Shown: positions 43,763-56,566 of the stretch, in pieces
How the letters are laid out: the number at the start of each line of letters is the position of its first letter
How positions within the stretch are numbered: position 1 is the first letter of the stretch
Assembly: GCA_032718475.1 (NCBI GenBank)
Contig: JAUCBJ010008868.1
Coordinates: 23,248-87,247, forward strand
Direction of reading: 5' to 3'
DNA from: Nemertoderma westbladi
Lineage: Eukaryota > Animalia > Xenacoelomorpha
Length of the DNA stretch: 64,000 bases
Notes under the pieces: model-generated
Seen by the model: the letters and a program-made list of their open reading frames with translations, nothing else
What the model was told of the DNA's origin: nothing
Databases searched by the model: none
Program-made: the position numbers and the translations under genes

Positions 43763-43833
43763 GGCGTAGTGGTCAGATGGTTAAGGCGTTGGTTACATTA
43801 CAGATAGGTTACGAGTTCGAATCCCGGTCGGGA
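43763..43833 (+). promoter_or_regulatory. tRNA-like Pol III internal promoter module within 5' LTR
   Basis: A-box-like GTAGTGGTCAGATGGTTAAGGCG and B box GAGTTCGAATCCC at tRNA spacing. Stems are imperfect, so not a functional tRNA. Confidence 0.65.
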
Positions 43834-43881
43834 AATTTGTATTTTGGGGCCATTTATTTTCATTTGGTGCTAATTGGTGGA

Positions 43882-44193
43882 CCAATGAGAAGCGTACAAC
43901 GTAGCGAAAGATGAGCCAGGCCAATCATGGGGCATAAATTATCTTATTGCTCAAATGTGAGGCTATGGAAAATTCTGTTAGGATTCCATGTCCCAGATTA
44001 GTGTAAGGGCCGGATTGCGTTGAACGATGAGCTGGACCAATCATAGGGCACAAAGCACTTTATTGCTCAAATGTGAAGCTGTGGAAAATTCTGTTTGGTT
44101 TCCATGTGCGATATTTAGTATAAAAGGCCGGTTTGCCTTCGGTTATCACTTCTTACTGCCTCGTTACCCCTTCTTAGTACGTTATTAATTAAA
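43882..44193 (+). promoter_or_regulatory. LTR Pol II promoter: CCAAT boxes, TATA, Inr and candidate poly(A) signal
   Basis: CCAAT at 43882, 43921 and 44037. TATAAAA at 44119-44125. Inr-like TCACTT at 44146-44151, with the A 29 nt after the TATA start. ATTAAA at 44188-44193 followed by a GT/T-rich tract. Confidence 0.6.
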
Positions 44194-46894
44194 TTGTTAT
44201 TTAGTTTATTTGGTTTCTTGTTGAAACTTTGTTTGATAAATCCTTTGTAAAACTGTAAATATACTGCAAATTCCTGAACATGTTTTCTTTTGGTCCAACT
44301 TTGGGACAGCCAAACATCGGGAAGATGGCAGCCTAGACCGTTAGGCCGTCAGCAACGCAGGGAAAAGATGTCCACAACACGCTAGCACCCATATTGGTTC
44401 GACCGCGCACCCCCTTTGCCCTTCGAAATACTCCACTTGCCATGCAGCGCCCGCTTCGTGAGAAAGGTAAGACTTTGTTCGACGCCCTTGCCCGCCGTAA
44501 GACCTATAAATCAGGGTAAGCGTGACGCCGTCCTGGACGCCGCAAATTTAGGATCAAATAGTTATATTTAGACAGGACCCCCCCCTTTGTTATGTCCTAC
44601 GAACCCCTGGGTTAACCTGTACTTCCTACAGGTGCGAACTATTGCCATTCGTCAGTACGTGAGTACATAGGTACGGACAGCATATGTTCCATAATTTAGT
44701 GATTCGTAGTACTGACTGTTTGGTACCGGTTCGCTTTGTAGAACGTACATTAGTACCCCCCCCCCCCCCCCCCCCTGTCTGGAGTTAGCTATTTGATCAG
44801 GCAAGGAGTATTTCTGCTACCGGCACACTGCTTGGCCTAGGGAGGTTTATTAATATCCTATCGCGCCTTGCCACGTACTGATAGGTATTGCTGCTAACTA
44901 CCGCAGCAACAAAGTTCTAGAATTAAATTAGTATACCAGATCAGCTAACGTACGGTAGCGATTAACCCCTATTTCTTATCTTACAACCAGAATCTGGTAT
45001 TTGTGCCGATCACGGGTGTAGTTACTAACACCGTGGTTGCCCATTGGGTTGTGGATAGGAAGGAGAGAGCTTTGACGTCATTTGTGAGTATAAAGTTCTA
45101 CAAAACGCGACTAGTTTATTTTAGTAGCTAGCGCACGGTATCATTTCGGTCAGAAAATCACTAAAACCTAGTAAAAGGAAATACACGAAATTGTTTTATT
45201 TGTAACACACCCACATACACACGCCCTAAAACATATTCGCCCTTAGAGTTCTACTAGCTATAGCGCACTATATATTACTTTAGGCAGAATTTATCTGTAT
45301 TTGTAAATTAGGATCTGATATTTAGTTGCGGTAAGAGAGAGTATTTCATTTTCGTTATTAAACTGTTGGTTCCTGTTCAGCAGTATTGTTACATTTAGGC
45401 CTGACCCTTTAGACTGATTTCGTACAGGGGGATCAGTTATCGTTACATTTAGGCACGACCCCTTCTCGACTGATTTAGGACTGAATCAGTGTTGTTACGC
45501 TAGGTCTGTTAACCCACTAGCTCGTATATAAACCATATAAATCACACCGTGGCAAGTTACTGTATTTAGGACTGTCAGTGATAGTTAGGATTCGCTGCGC
45601 GGGGATTGTTTTCCCGTGAGTTTGGTCTGTTACTGTAACTGTACATCTGCCTCACCGGTTAGAGGACAGGTATCCTTTTGTCTAGTTTTGTAGGCATTAG
45701 ACCCGCTCACGTACATAGAATAGATACTAGGCTCTGTTCCAGTAGTCGTTTGTGTATTGTATCTGTTTGTTTAGATATCCTGGACTGGGATTTGTTGTCA
45801 GATACTGTATGAGCCCGTATACATTACTAGAGTCTCATAGTAAGATACATCGTTACTAGGATCTGGTAAGCGGTATACTACTGGACCTTACAGTAGGAAG
45901 TACTATATAAATTAGTGTATAGTATTGTTTAGATCTGTACGCTTTGTAGTGCGTGCGCACAGTAGGAAGTACTATATAAATTAGTGTATAGTATTATTTC
46001 GATCTGTTAGCTATTGAAAGTAGGAGATATTTAAAATTTAAGGTTAGTAAATTTAGTAATTTAGAACGTCCCCTGCTTCAGTAGGCTTTTAGGGTAGCTA
46101 GTACTTTTGTATTTAATATTTGACTAGCTAACAGTTAGTTTGTAGTACTTTGTTTTACGCCGTGTGTGTGCGGTGTTACTTTCGGTACTTGAAAAGGTAC
46201 ATAGGGTTTAAAGACCAATTTGTATCGGTACCTAGGAAGATTTTTCGTAAGCGTAGAAGTAAAACTCTCACCTTCGACTTTTCAGGACTCAAGGACTCAT
46301 TTCTGGACCGCTTCGAGGATTAGACCGCTTTTCGCAAAGTTTGGGAGACAATAAATTCGTCCGCGCCGCCGAAAAACGGAACGACCCACGTCCGGTTTGT
46401 ATTTGGGAATTTGCATGACTGGAAGATCAAAGGAACATAAGTTTTACGACTCGCGTCGTTCAAACTTAAGAAAGCACAGTAGTACTCAAAATTTGTGGGT
46501 TTCCTGTCTATTAGTAGTGTTGTTGGTACTTATTTTCCCGTTAGACGTTGCTGTTTTGCCTATTATTCGTACTTGTTGATCTATATTTTGGTAACGTATA
46601 CCGTTATCTCATTTATTCGTACAAATTTAGCCGGTAGGCTAGATTATTACTTATTTTATTGTATACTTTGTTAGTTTATTTGTACCGGTTAGGGTATATA
46701 TATGATATATATATATATCAAGGTAAGTTTGACATTTGTACATTTCGACATTTTGACATTTCGACATTCTGACTTGTTGATTTATTTGTACCGGTTAGGG
46801 TATATATATACTATATATACCAAGGTAAGTTAGACACTTCAACATCCAGACACTTTGACATTTTATTACCCGTACTTGACGTATATAATAAGAC

Positions 46895-49800
46895 ATGAGT
46901 GACACACCCCATTCAACGAGATACCCACCTACCGACTATGACTCGTGCGACCCGGACAGATCGACAGTAGACGAACCGAGAAGGAGAACCCGAGATTCCA
47001 CCGATGTCACACCGCTTGCGTCGCCGGTACCCAGAACGGAAATACCGGAAGCCGCAATGCGTGGCGACGGCAGAATCGAAGATTTCCTTACCGTCCCGCA
47101 GACTAGATCGCGGGAACCGGACATGGTAAGTTCGACTGGAAGCCAGGAGAACGTTATTAGAAGTATAGGAGGACACATGGCCCAGATTACTCGGAACCTC
47201 GGAGAAGGTTTTCGCGTTTTACGCGAGTTAACCACCCCGATGTCGAGATACGAGTTCTACACCTTACAGGTAAGGATAGAAAGTAGGGTACATGCTTCCG
47301 TAGATAAACTTAGAGGTTTACACGAACTTGCAGAGTTGCGTGGCGACAACTTTACTCAGGTAAAGATAATAGATAAATTAGTAAGTGCGAGAGAAAGCAT
47401 TATCCAGTTTAAGTCAGTAATAAGATTGTCTCAACAGGAGCAGTTTGACCAACTGCTAGGTGAGTCAGTTTCGGACGCGTTGTTACAACCCGAAGAGGAA
47501 GAAGAACTCTACTGCCTGGATGGAAGGTTGGAAACGCTCACCAATTTTCTTCGTAGATGCGGCGTACCGATCGACGAACCGGAAGTCGAATCGCGAGGGA
47601 CGACGGAAGTTCTTACTACGGAAGGCTCGCGAGCCTACCAGCATCCACCTCTGGATAGATCGTTCGTTAGCATACAGAGCGACGTTGGCAACGTTGGCGA
47701 CGTTAGTAGAACAGCGTCTGTAATTACTCGACAACAACAGGAGGTTGCACGCTGACAACAAGTCGCCGAGGAAGAAGCGCAACACCAGATGGCACAGATC
47801 GCCATCGAAGGAGAGAAACAACATAGAGAGGACGAGGCGAGAATTGCGCAACTCAAGGCGCAAGCCGAATTCGAAGCTTCGGAAATGCGCAGATTGGAGG
47901 AAAACTTAGCGCAAGAAGCAGCCGCGGCGGCGGCAGCCGACGAGCTAGTACGAGTTGCGGCGGTAAACGCAGCTGAGTTAGCACGGAAGAAGGCAGCGTC
48001 TGACGCTCGTGCTAAGTTGGAGGCACGACAAATAAACGCTCAATTAGCTATACAGGAAGCGGAGTTAGCGGCACAACAACAAGTAGCAGATCGACGCGAA
48101 AGGGAGATGCAACTACAGTTCGAACTGAATCGTAGATCGCGCGAGGCAGCGAACGCGCAAGCGGACCTCGAACTCGACGCGAGAGATAGATCTATAAGAT
48201 CGCGAGCTGGACACGACTTGTCTGCCCTGGATCGCATGGAAGCTCGATATCGCGGAATACAGAAGCGGATCGAGGAAGGAAGTGTGGGAGCGATAGATCG
48301 AGGAGAGGAGTTCGTCGAGGATTACTATAAACGTTTTCCCCAAGTTATTCCTATGCTCAAGCCCACGACTTCGATAAAACCGGTCTTTGTTACGAAACCT
48401 AAGGAAATAACGCCTGTGCGTTCGACGCAAGGCAACAGGTTTGTTGTGACGGAAATACCGCAACCTAGGGCGACCTCATCGCCAATTTTAGCAGGTAACA
48501 TAACTAGTCCACCTACAGTAAGTCGTAGTCTACTTGTAGGAAGAGAGGAACCTGCGTTTATGACCATTAAACAGGTGAGTAAACCATTACAAGTTAAACC
48601 TGTGACGTGCTGTGCAAATCCAGTTATTTATAGACCGACTACGGAACCCGACTATTTCACTCGACCGTTGACACAATGTTCGATGCAACCTACGACTTCG
48701 TGGAAGGCTTGCGAGCCTACCGAACTACGGAGGATGGATGTGGGTAGTACCCACGGGATCGGACAACGTATAACGAGACCTACGACTTCGTGGAAGGCTT
48801 GCGAGCCTACCGAACAACGGAGAGCCGTAGATTCTGGACCACAACGGACGAGACCAAGAATAATACGCCGGACACGAACCCGCCAGCCACCTTATCCGGA
48901 TGACAGCGACTCATCTAGTGACTCGGAGTCGACGGAACGGGAAATTCTCTGTTCTCTGGCAACGCGAAACACTGGCGCACACTGGTAGACTACGTAGAGT
49001 CCCAGATCGCTAAGTGTGCTTTCACCTCGACGGAGAAGTTTAATTACTTGCTCCAAGTTCTGTCTGGTGAGCCGAAACGATTAGCGGAAACCTTCATAGG
49101 TGTTCCCGATGCCTTTGAGTTGGCGTACAACCGTTTATATTCGATTTACGGAGGTAACGTCGCCATGGCTAAATCCATTATTGAAGACCTCTGCAGAGGA
49201 GGCAACATTTCGAAACCGATCGACCTTTTACAACTCGCGGACGAAATCAAGAACGCTATAGGGACTTTACGATCTATTGGACAACTCGAGTACGCTAACG
49301 CACCGACGGTTCTCATTCGAATAATCGGTCGACTTCACCATCGACTCCGACGAGAATGGCGACGCATCGAGTACCAGCGTGAAGAGGCCGGAGGGTTATT
49401 AAAACTCACCGATGTCTATCAACTGATTTCACGGGAGGCCATGATCGAGACTCGATCGAACTATACCGATCACCATATCGCGGCGGAAGGGATAGCTATT
49501 TCTGCGCCGAATCGGACCAAACCACTTCCGACGAACGCGAAAGCCGTTACTTACGCCACCCCTACTGAGACTTCTAAAGTTCTGACGCCTATCGGCACCA
49601 CGCAGCCACGACAACAGTTGCCGGCGGACTTTGTGGGATGCTCATACTGCGAGCGGAACGGCAGAAACCACGTGGATACATAAACTACGTGGATGTCGCG
49701 CTTTTAAAGAGTTAGGGATCGAGGAGAGGAGACTCCAAATCCGATCTCTAGATTCCTGTTGGAGATGTATGAAGCCAGGACACGTCCGGAAGGATTGCCC

Positions 49801-50026
49801 GAGCGACGATACATGTTCTCTGTGTGGACGTAACCATGACGCGTTGCTTCACACAACTAGTCATACTCCGACCAGACGCTTTCGACGAGAGCATCCAGAT
49901 AAAGCGGCTAGATGCGACACGCTTTATAAGGAGCGTGCGCCGCGCGAGATCCGTACCTTTTATACAGACTGTATGGATCAGTCAGGATCATCGGACGAGG
50001 ACGGGGAGGAAGACGACACTTTCTAG
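46895..50026 (+). pseudogene. gag: BEL/Pao gag, disrupted (ORF pieces 46895-47755, 47789-48988, ~48950-49683, ~49670-50026)
   Basis: Ala/Glu-rich coiled coil; capsid-like FSGNAKHW...EKFNYLLQVLSG in a shifted frame; Zn motifs CSYC..HKLRGC, CWRCMKPGHVRKDC and the BEL-typical CSLCGRNHDALLH. In-frame TGA at 47753, frameshifts near 48945 and 49670, TAG at 50024. Confidence 0.85.
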
Positions 50027-51241
50027 GTGCATGCAGGTGAGGAACAGCCATCGATAACGCTCCTCACACAGAACCAACTGAAAGGGTTTAGCGTGATTCC
50101 TATAAAGATTACCGGAACCCGAGGGAGCAAGCGTATATACGCCATCTTAGACTCTGCGTCATCGCATAGCTATGTCGACGAACAAGTAGCCGACGTAGTT
50201 ACGGACATGAGTCAAGGTAAGACTGCTCAGTATACTGTAAGTAGCATGCATGGTAAGAGAGCGATCCCTGTGACGAGAGTAAAACTAACTTTAGACACTC
50301 TTCTTTCCAAAGCAGAACACAGCAAGGAGGAGCGCTCATTACTTCTGGTAAGAAATTTGACCTTTGCAGCTACGAAGGACTTTAGTAACTTGCTCGGCCC
50401 TGTGCCAGAGCAATCACCGGAAGATCGTAAGTATTTCCGACACCTTGGAATACCGGAATGTCCTGTTAATTATCGTTCCATTGCGATGTTAATTGGGACA
50501 GACCAGTTTAACTTACATCAGGTATGGGAGACACGCCCATCTGTTATTACAGCGGGCAACCCCTACGCATGTAGAACTCCCATAGGTTGGTATACTAGAG
50601 CACCAATACGTTCACTAGAGGTAAGTGACCAGGAGGACGACGTTTTGAGTACGTGTAGTTTATTGACTAACACGATAGATAATTCTCCTTCACACTCCTG
50701 TGGTCCAATTGTACGGACGGCACTACGACAGACTTGCGTCACTAACGCAGACGCCACCGATACTGACGTAACCGATTTGGACACGACCACACGGACCTCT
50801 GACTTACAACTACTTGCAGTAGACCAGGTTGTATTGACTACTGAAGACCAAAGGGTTGTTGCCGTGGATGACTCGATGAATGAGGATTTTGGAAGGCTTG
50901 CGAGCCTACCGAAAAATCTGAAGGTCATTGACCCCACCCACCAGGCTTCGACACCGGTCGTTGATCTTGGAAGGCTTGCGAGCCTACCGACAGATCAAGA
51001 AGTTGTCAAACCGCCGCACGACGATTCGACGCCGACTAGTGACACCGGAAGGCTTGTGAGCCTACCAGACGCATTGACACTAGCCACCGCAGCGGACGAG
51101 GACGTGGACGAGGACCATGGCGCAGTGCAAGCAGCGCTTGACCGACTGCTGACTGAACGGACCATACAATGGTTGGAACAGGACTCAGCAGAACCCGGTA
51201 GTTACGAGACCGCTATGTCAGAACAGGAAAAACGGTCATAA
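50027..51241 (+). pseudogene. pol: Aspartic protease region of BEL/Pao polyprotein
   Basis: YAILDSASSHSY active-site motif (GAC at 50150), MLIGTD and RTPIGW motifs. In frame with the preceding and following ORFs, separated by single stops. Confidence 0.85.
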
Positions 51242-51247
51242 AATATT

Positions 51248-53830
51248 ATGAGAGATACCATTCGCCAGACCGCGAATGGCCACTATGAGGTTGGTATGTT
51301 GTGGCGCAATGGACAACCTAAGCTCGTTAACAATTACCCGCTTGCTTTGAGGCGACTCAAATCAATAAGGCAGCGATTGTTGCGAGACGAGACGGCCCAT
51401 ATGCAATACAATGCACAACTTCAGACGTATCTCCAAAAGGGATACGCCATTAGGATGTTAAATCCCGAGGTAACCACAGACCAGACATATTACCTGCCAC
51501 ATCATTTTGTTCGACACCCGGACAAACCTGGCAAGGTGCGTGTAGTCAACGACTGCGCCGCGCTTTACCAATGGATGTCTATGAATAGCGAACTGATGGA
51601 CGGGCCGAATATGAACAATAACCTCATGGGAGTCCTAATGCGTTTTAGACAACGCAAAGTGGCTTTCACCTGTGACGTAGAGGCCATGTTTCACCAGGTT
51701 AAGGCTTTGGAGCGGGACAGGGACAGCTTGAGGTTTCTTTGGTATCCGGACGGAAACTTACAACTTCCGCCAGAAACTTACCAAATGCAGGTAAGAGTAT
51801 TCGGAGCCAGGGACAGCCCCAACTGCACCATGTACGCATTAAAGCAGACCGCATTAGACAGACGAGACCAATTTGACCCAGAAATAGTTCGGACCGTGGA
51901 ACGAGATTTCTACGTGGATGACGGCCTCAAGAGTTGTGACACCTTGGAGCGCGCTACAACCGTAGCACACCAACTCCAGGATTGTCTCGCTGAGGGCGGA
52001 TTTCACCTGACGAAGTTCGCTTCCAACGAACCCGAACTGGTGAACTCATTTGACCCGACGGATCGCAGTGGAGGAGACTTAGACTTAGACCTAGAACCTC
52101 TGCCGACGACTAAAGTATTAGGACTTAGTTGGGACCCTAACACCGACAATTTTAGGGTACGTGTAAGGTCCAATGACCAGACTAGACCTCTCACAAAGAG
52201 GACTTGCTTATCGACCATGAGTCGATTGTATGACCCATTGTGTTTCATTAGTCCAGTGATCCTACATGCTAGGATCATACTCCACAGCATTTGGCAAGCC
52301 GGACTGGAATGGGACGACCCCATCCCAGAAAAGTTAGCTGAGCAATGGAGGGACTGGGAAGCCCAGCTGACGTTCCTACAAGACTATACCATACCGAGGG
52401 TATACTTTCTTTTGCAAACCACCTTTCCTGCCGATTTAGAGCTTCACAGCTTTAGTGACGCTAGCAAGGATGGATTGGGGGTTACTTTATACCTTAGACG
52501 ACAAGTGACATCGGACAGCTACGATGTATCTCTCGTTACTTCAAGGGCTAGAACAATGCCATTGAAGTATATGACTGTACCTCGTGGGGAGCTGCAAGCC
52601 GGGACGATATCCACCGATATTGTCAGTCTAGTTCAACGCGAGCTGGAGGCTAACTTGAAGGTCACATATTGGACGGATGCGACGTTGGTACTTTGGTACA
52701 TAAACAACGAAGCGTTTGAGTTCAAGACTTTCGTAGCCAACAGACGGGCTGAAATATTAGACCGGTCGCTCAAACAAGATTGGCGTCACTGTCCAGGGAA
52801 GCTGAACCCAGCTGACATCGCGTCACGGGGGATGCAACCGCTTGACTTTTGTAAACCGGACAATAAATCCTTTTGGTTTAGAGGACCCGACTTCCTACAG
52901 CGACCATCAGACGAATGGCCACCGTTATTCGACGCGACAACCAACACCATACCAGAGGGTGCCGAGATAAAAATCGACAAGGTTGTCAAGTCTAAAGCGA
53001 AAGCCAACGCCAAGGTCAAGAGGAAAAAAGGACGGACGAAATCTGATGACCTGGACGCTAGACCTGACATTACGCCAGACGTCTCACCAGACATTCGACC
53101 AGACGCTTGTACGAATCCTTCGCCGGATGTTCCGCGGGAGATTTCACCAGACGTTTCGCCAGATTGTTCACCAGATTACTCGCCAGATTATTCACCAGAA
53201 GCGACACCAGATTGTTCTCCGGACTGTTCGCCAGATTGTTTGATGGAACTCTCAACAGAATGTCTACCGGACGTCTCACCAGACTTTCCACCAGACATCT
53301 CGACAGACTGTCCACCAGACTGTCTACCAGACTTTGAACCAGACTTTCTGACAGAAGTTACGCCAGACAGACTTTGGGACAGACGACAAGACATTTCGCT
53401 GGATGTTCCGCGCTATGTCTTACCAGACGTCTCACCAGACTGTTCACCGGACGCTTCACCAGACTGTCTATTAGACACTCCATTAGAAGACCCATTGGAG
53501 CGGACCTTTAGAGACTTACCAAATTTGACTTCTTTGGACGACAGAGGTGTGGCCACAGGGATTACACTCCGCTCGAAGAAGGTACTTGACTTACCCCCTA
53601 CAGGTAAGCGTGTGACTAAGGTTAGGAAGCTTACAGGCTCACAGGAACACACTGACACTGTAGAGTTGAAACCGTTACTGCCAGTCGACACATTAGGTGC
53701 GGACGGTAAAGGTAAGACCGTAGAGATTGACGTACTTGGGAACTCAGACAAACCTACCGGAAGGCCCGTGGGCCTACCAAGTCCAGACAAGTATCCACAC
53801 TACGACTACACCTTACCTGATGTACGTTGA
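51248..53830 (+). pseudogene. pol: Reverse transcriptase + RNase H of BEL/Pao pol, with PDxS-repeat linker
   Basis: RT motifs CDVEAMFHQV, FGARDSP and YVDD (51911-51922). RNase H motifs HSFSDASKDG, PRGEL, YWTDAT and NPADIASRG. Frameshift near 53800. Confidence 0.93.
53062..53470 (+). repeat. Degenerate 12-bp coding repeat (CCAGAYNNNTCN; PDxS) in RNase H-integrase linker
   Basis: Translates as PDITPDVSPDIRPDAC...SPDVSPDCSPDYSPDYSPEATPDCSPDCSPDC... Confidence 0.85.
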
Positions 53831-54273
53831 CAGGATAGTGAACCTAACTAGATCATGGACTGACGCGTGCCGCAAGTTAGCATGGCTCAAACGTTTGAGA
53901 CAATATGCCAGAGGCAAACGCGACTTTCCTAGAAGACTTACCTTAAAGGAAGTTGGCCACTGTGAAGTTGATATCATTAGACATTATCAATTGCGATATT
54001 TCGCACGAGAATTCACAGCGATCAAACAAGGTAAACAGATTAAGTCTTCACCGATTTTGAGTTGGAGTCCGATTATTTACCGGGGCTTACTTTGTCACAA
54101 GTCCAGACTCCAAAACATTGACTTTGCACTTGACTTTAGGTATCCTATCATCATACCGCAACACCATGAATTACAGCGCGCTATGATACTGGACGCACAT
54201 GTACAACTCAAACACGTAGGTAGACACCACTGTCTATCACACTTACGCTCGAGGTTTGTACTGATTAGACCTA

Positions 54274-55708
54274 CTACTACTACTACTAGGATCGGCATGC
54301 TGCATTGCAGCTGCATTTTTAAGAATGCTGTGCCGGCTTGTCAACAAAATTGCACCGCCACAACTCCCTATCACCCATGACATTTGCTAGATCATCTGCA
54401 TCTTTAAGGCCAGTGTCCTTTAAGATGCGTCTCAAGAAAGTCACGGGCTGTCCACCATGCTTATTCACTCCATGAGGCTGCCAAAGTACAAGATTATGCA
54501 CTGGCTGGTCCTCACGGCGAAAGCAATGTCCTGCAAAGCGGAGGCGATTTTGTTCTAGTGTCAAGCTTGGGGGAACCAATGAGACACCTCCAATGTTATA
54601 TAGTGTCTGGTTGGAGATGTGTGCATTGTACTTGACACAATAAACTCGGCGTAGCATTCTTGTGAATGTGCCATCCAGAGATTTGGTGTCCTCAGCAGTT
54701 AGAGCCCAGCATGGACTCCCGTAGAGGAGTACTGGAACTACTGCTGCTCTAAATAATCGGACCTTAAGTTTCCGATTAATTCTAGGTGACTTCCAAATCC
54801 TGGAAAGCCTATTCAAGGCTGCCCATGCCTTTCCCTTACGTATTTGAAGGTCCTCACCTGACTTCCGGATCCATGATCCCAGGTAACAGAAGTCGTCCAC
54901 ATGCTCAAGCATACCATCCTTTGAGCTTATGCTCATCCGATCAGAGACTTGCTGAGGACTTTCAAAGTTAACTGTCAGAATTTTGGTCTTTCTGGAGTTA
55001 ATAAAAAGACCAACACTAGAAGCAGCATGTTCTAATGAGCTGAGGAGCCGTTGGGCTCCCTCTAATGATTCTGAGAGTACTCCTAAGTCATCAGCAAAGT
55101 CTAGATCAGTTAGGTACTTGGCAGGATTTCCTCGACTTCTGGAGCCAGTAGGTGGAGCTATCATCACCCCATCATCATTATGATGATCTAAGGACATGCG
55201 TAGAACATAGTCAACCACAATAATGAACAAGAATGGTGCAAGTGTGTCTCCTTGGAGGACGCCCCATAACACTTCAAATGGTTCTGTGTCACCGTCAACA
55301 GTAGACACAAATGTTGTCGAACCATCGTATACTGATCTGATTGCTGCAATAATTTCATCAGGAATCCCATATAATGAAAGTATGCTGAACATACGTGACC
55401 GAGAGACTGAATCAAAGGCCTTGAAGAAGTCAACAAAGATAACAGCCAGATGCCTGTCTTTCTTTTTTGACAATTCTTCAATTATCCTTCTAAGTGCCAA
55501 AATGGGCTCCATGGTCCCACGACCTTTACGGAACCCATTCTGATTTCCACGGAGCAGTCTCTCAATGGGATCCCTGATGCGATTTAATAGAATCCTATTG
55601 TATAGCTTTGCAGCAATCGAGATCAATGAGATTCCCCGAAAAGAACCATAGAGTGTTAGGTTGCCCTTCTTGGGAACTGGCACCAACTTATTTGTTTTCA
55701 TTTCATTT
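54274..55708 (-). mobile_element. 5'-truncated RTE-like non-LTR retrotransposon inserted antisense in the integrase
   Basis: 13-bp TSD CTGATTAGACCTA (54261-54273, 55709-55721), (TAG)6 tail on the minus strand and a ~30-bp 3' UTR. Confidence 0.92.
54319..55690 (-). CDS. Non-LTR reverse transcriptase, N-terminally truncated (no endonuclease)
   Basis: PVPKKGNL, FRGISL, QNGFRKGR, FVDFFKAFDSV, GVLQGDTLAPFLF, LDFADD and FCYLGS motifs; open to the stop at 54319. Confidence 0.9.
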
Positions 55709-56566
55709 CTGATTAGACCTAGTAAGGCACTGAGTTCGGTAACACGGAACTGTATTATTTGTAAGAAGGTGCACGCGAGGATAGGACACCAAGAAATGAG
55801 TGAACTACCACTAGCTAGATTACAGGCGTTTAGACCCCCTTTCACTGAGACAGGGATAGACTGTTTTGGACCCATAATCGCGAAACGCGGAAGGGTACAG
55901 GTAAAACGTTGGGGATTGATCTTCACTTGCATGGCCAGCAGAGCTGTCCATATAGAGCGAGTGACAGACTTGACCACCAATGCCTTTATCCTAGCCTTAC
56001 GGCGATTTATCGCTAGACGTGGATTGGTCAAATCCATATACTGCGACCAAGGGATAAACTTTGTGGGTGCACGGAACGAAATAACCAGAGCTTTGAGAAA
56101 ATTGGACCAAAACCAGATTTCCGAGGAACTACGTCCTCACCGTATTGTTTGGTATTTCAATACTCCAGACAGTCCGTGGAGAGGCGGCGTTTGGGAAAGG
56201 CTGATTGGCTCAATAAAGACAGCTATGGCTAAAGTCGTACCGACGCAACACATCTTGACAGACGACCAACTGACGACGTTACTAATAGAAATCGAAGCAA
56301 TCTTAAATACTAGACCGATCGCTTTGATCCCAGACAATAACGACGTACAGTTTGCCTTGACACCAGCGCACCTGCTTATGCAGGCGCCGACGACATTGTT
56401 GCCCATTTCGGTACCCGTTGATAGTGACGGATACGGCAACAAAGCTTGGAAAATCACTCAATTGCTTGCAAATAAATTCTGGGAAATATGGCAGAAATAT
56501 TATTTGCCCTCTATTTCGACCAGAACCTCTTGGTATCTAAATACCCGATGTTTAAGACGTGGTGAC

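Larger units (their letters stand above)
43619..44519 (+). repeat. 5' LTR (3' boundary not determinable)
   Basis: Begins with TG and matches 63096-64000 with about 7 substitutions over the first ~885 bp, plus an indel region near the window end. Confidence 0.9.

Noticed and set aside
55709-56037. N-terminal extension of the minus-strand 572-aa RT ORF
   Set aside because: Lies outside the TSD; it is the antisense of the integrase and only open by chance.
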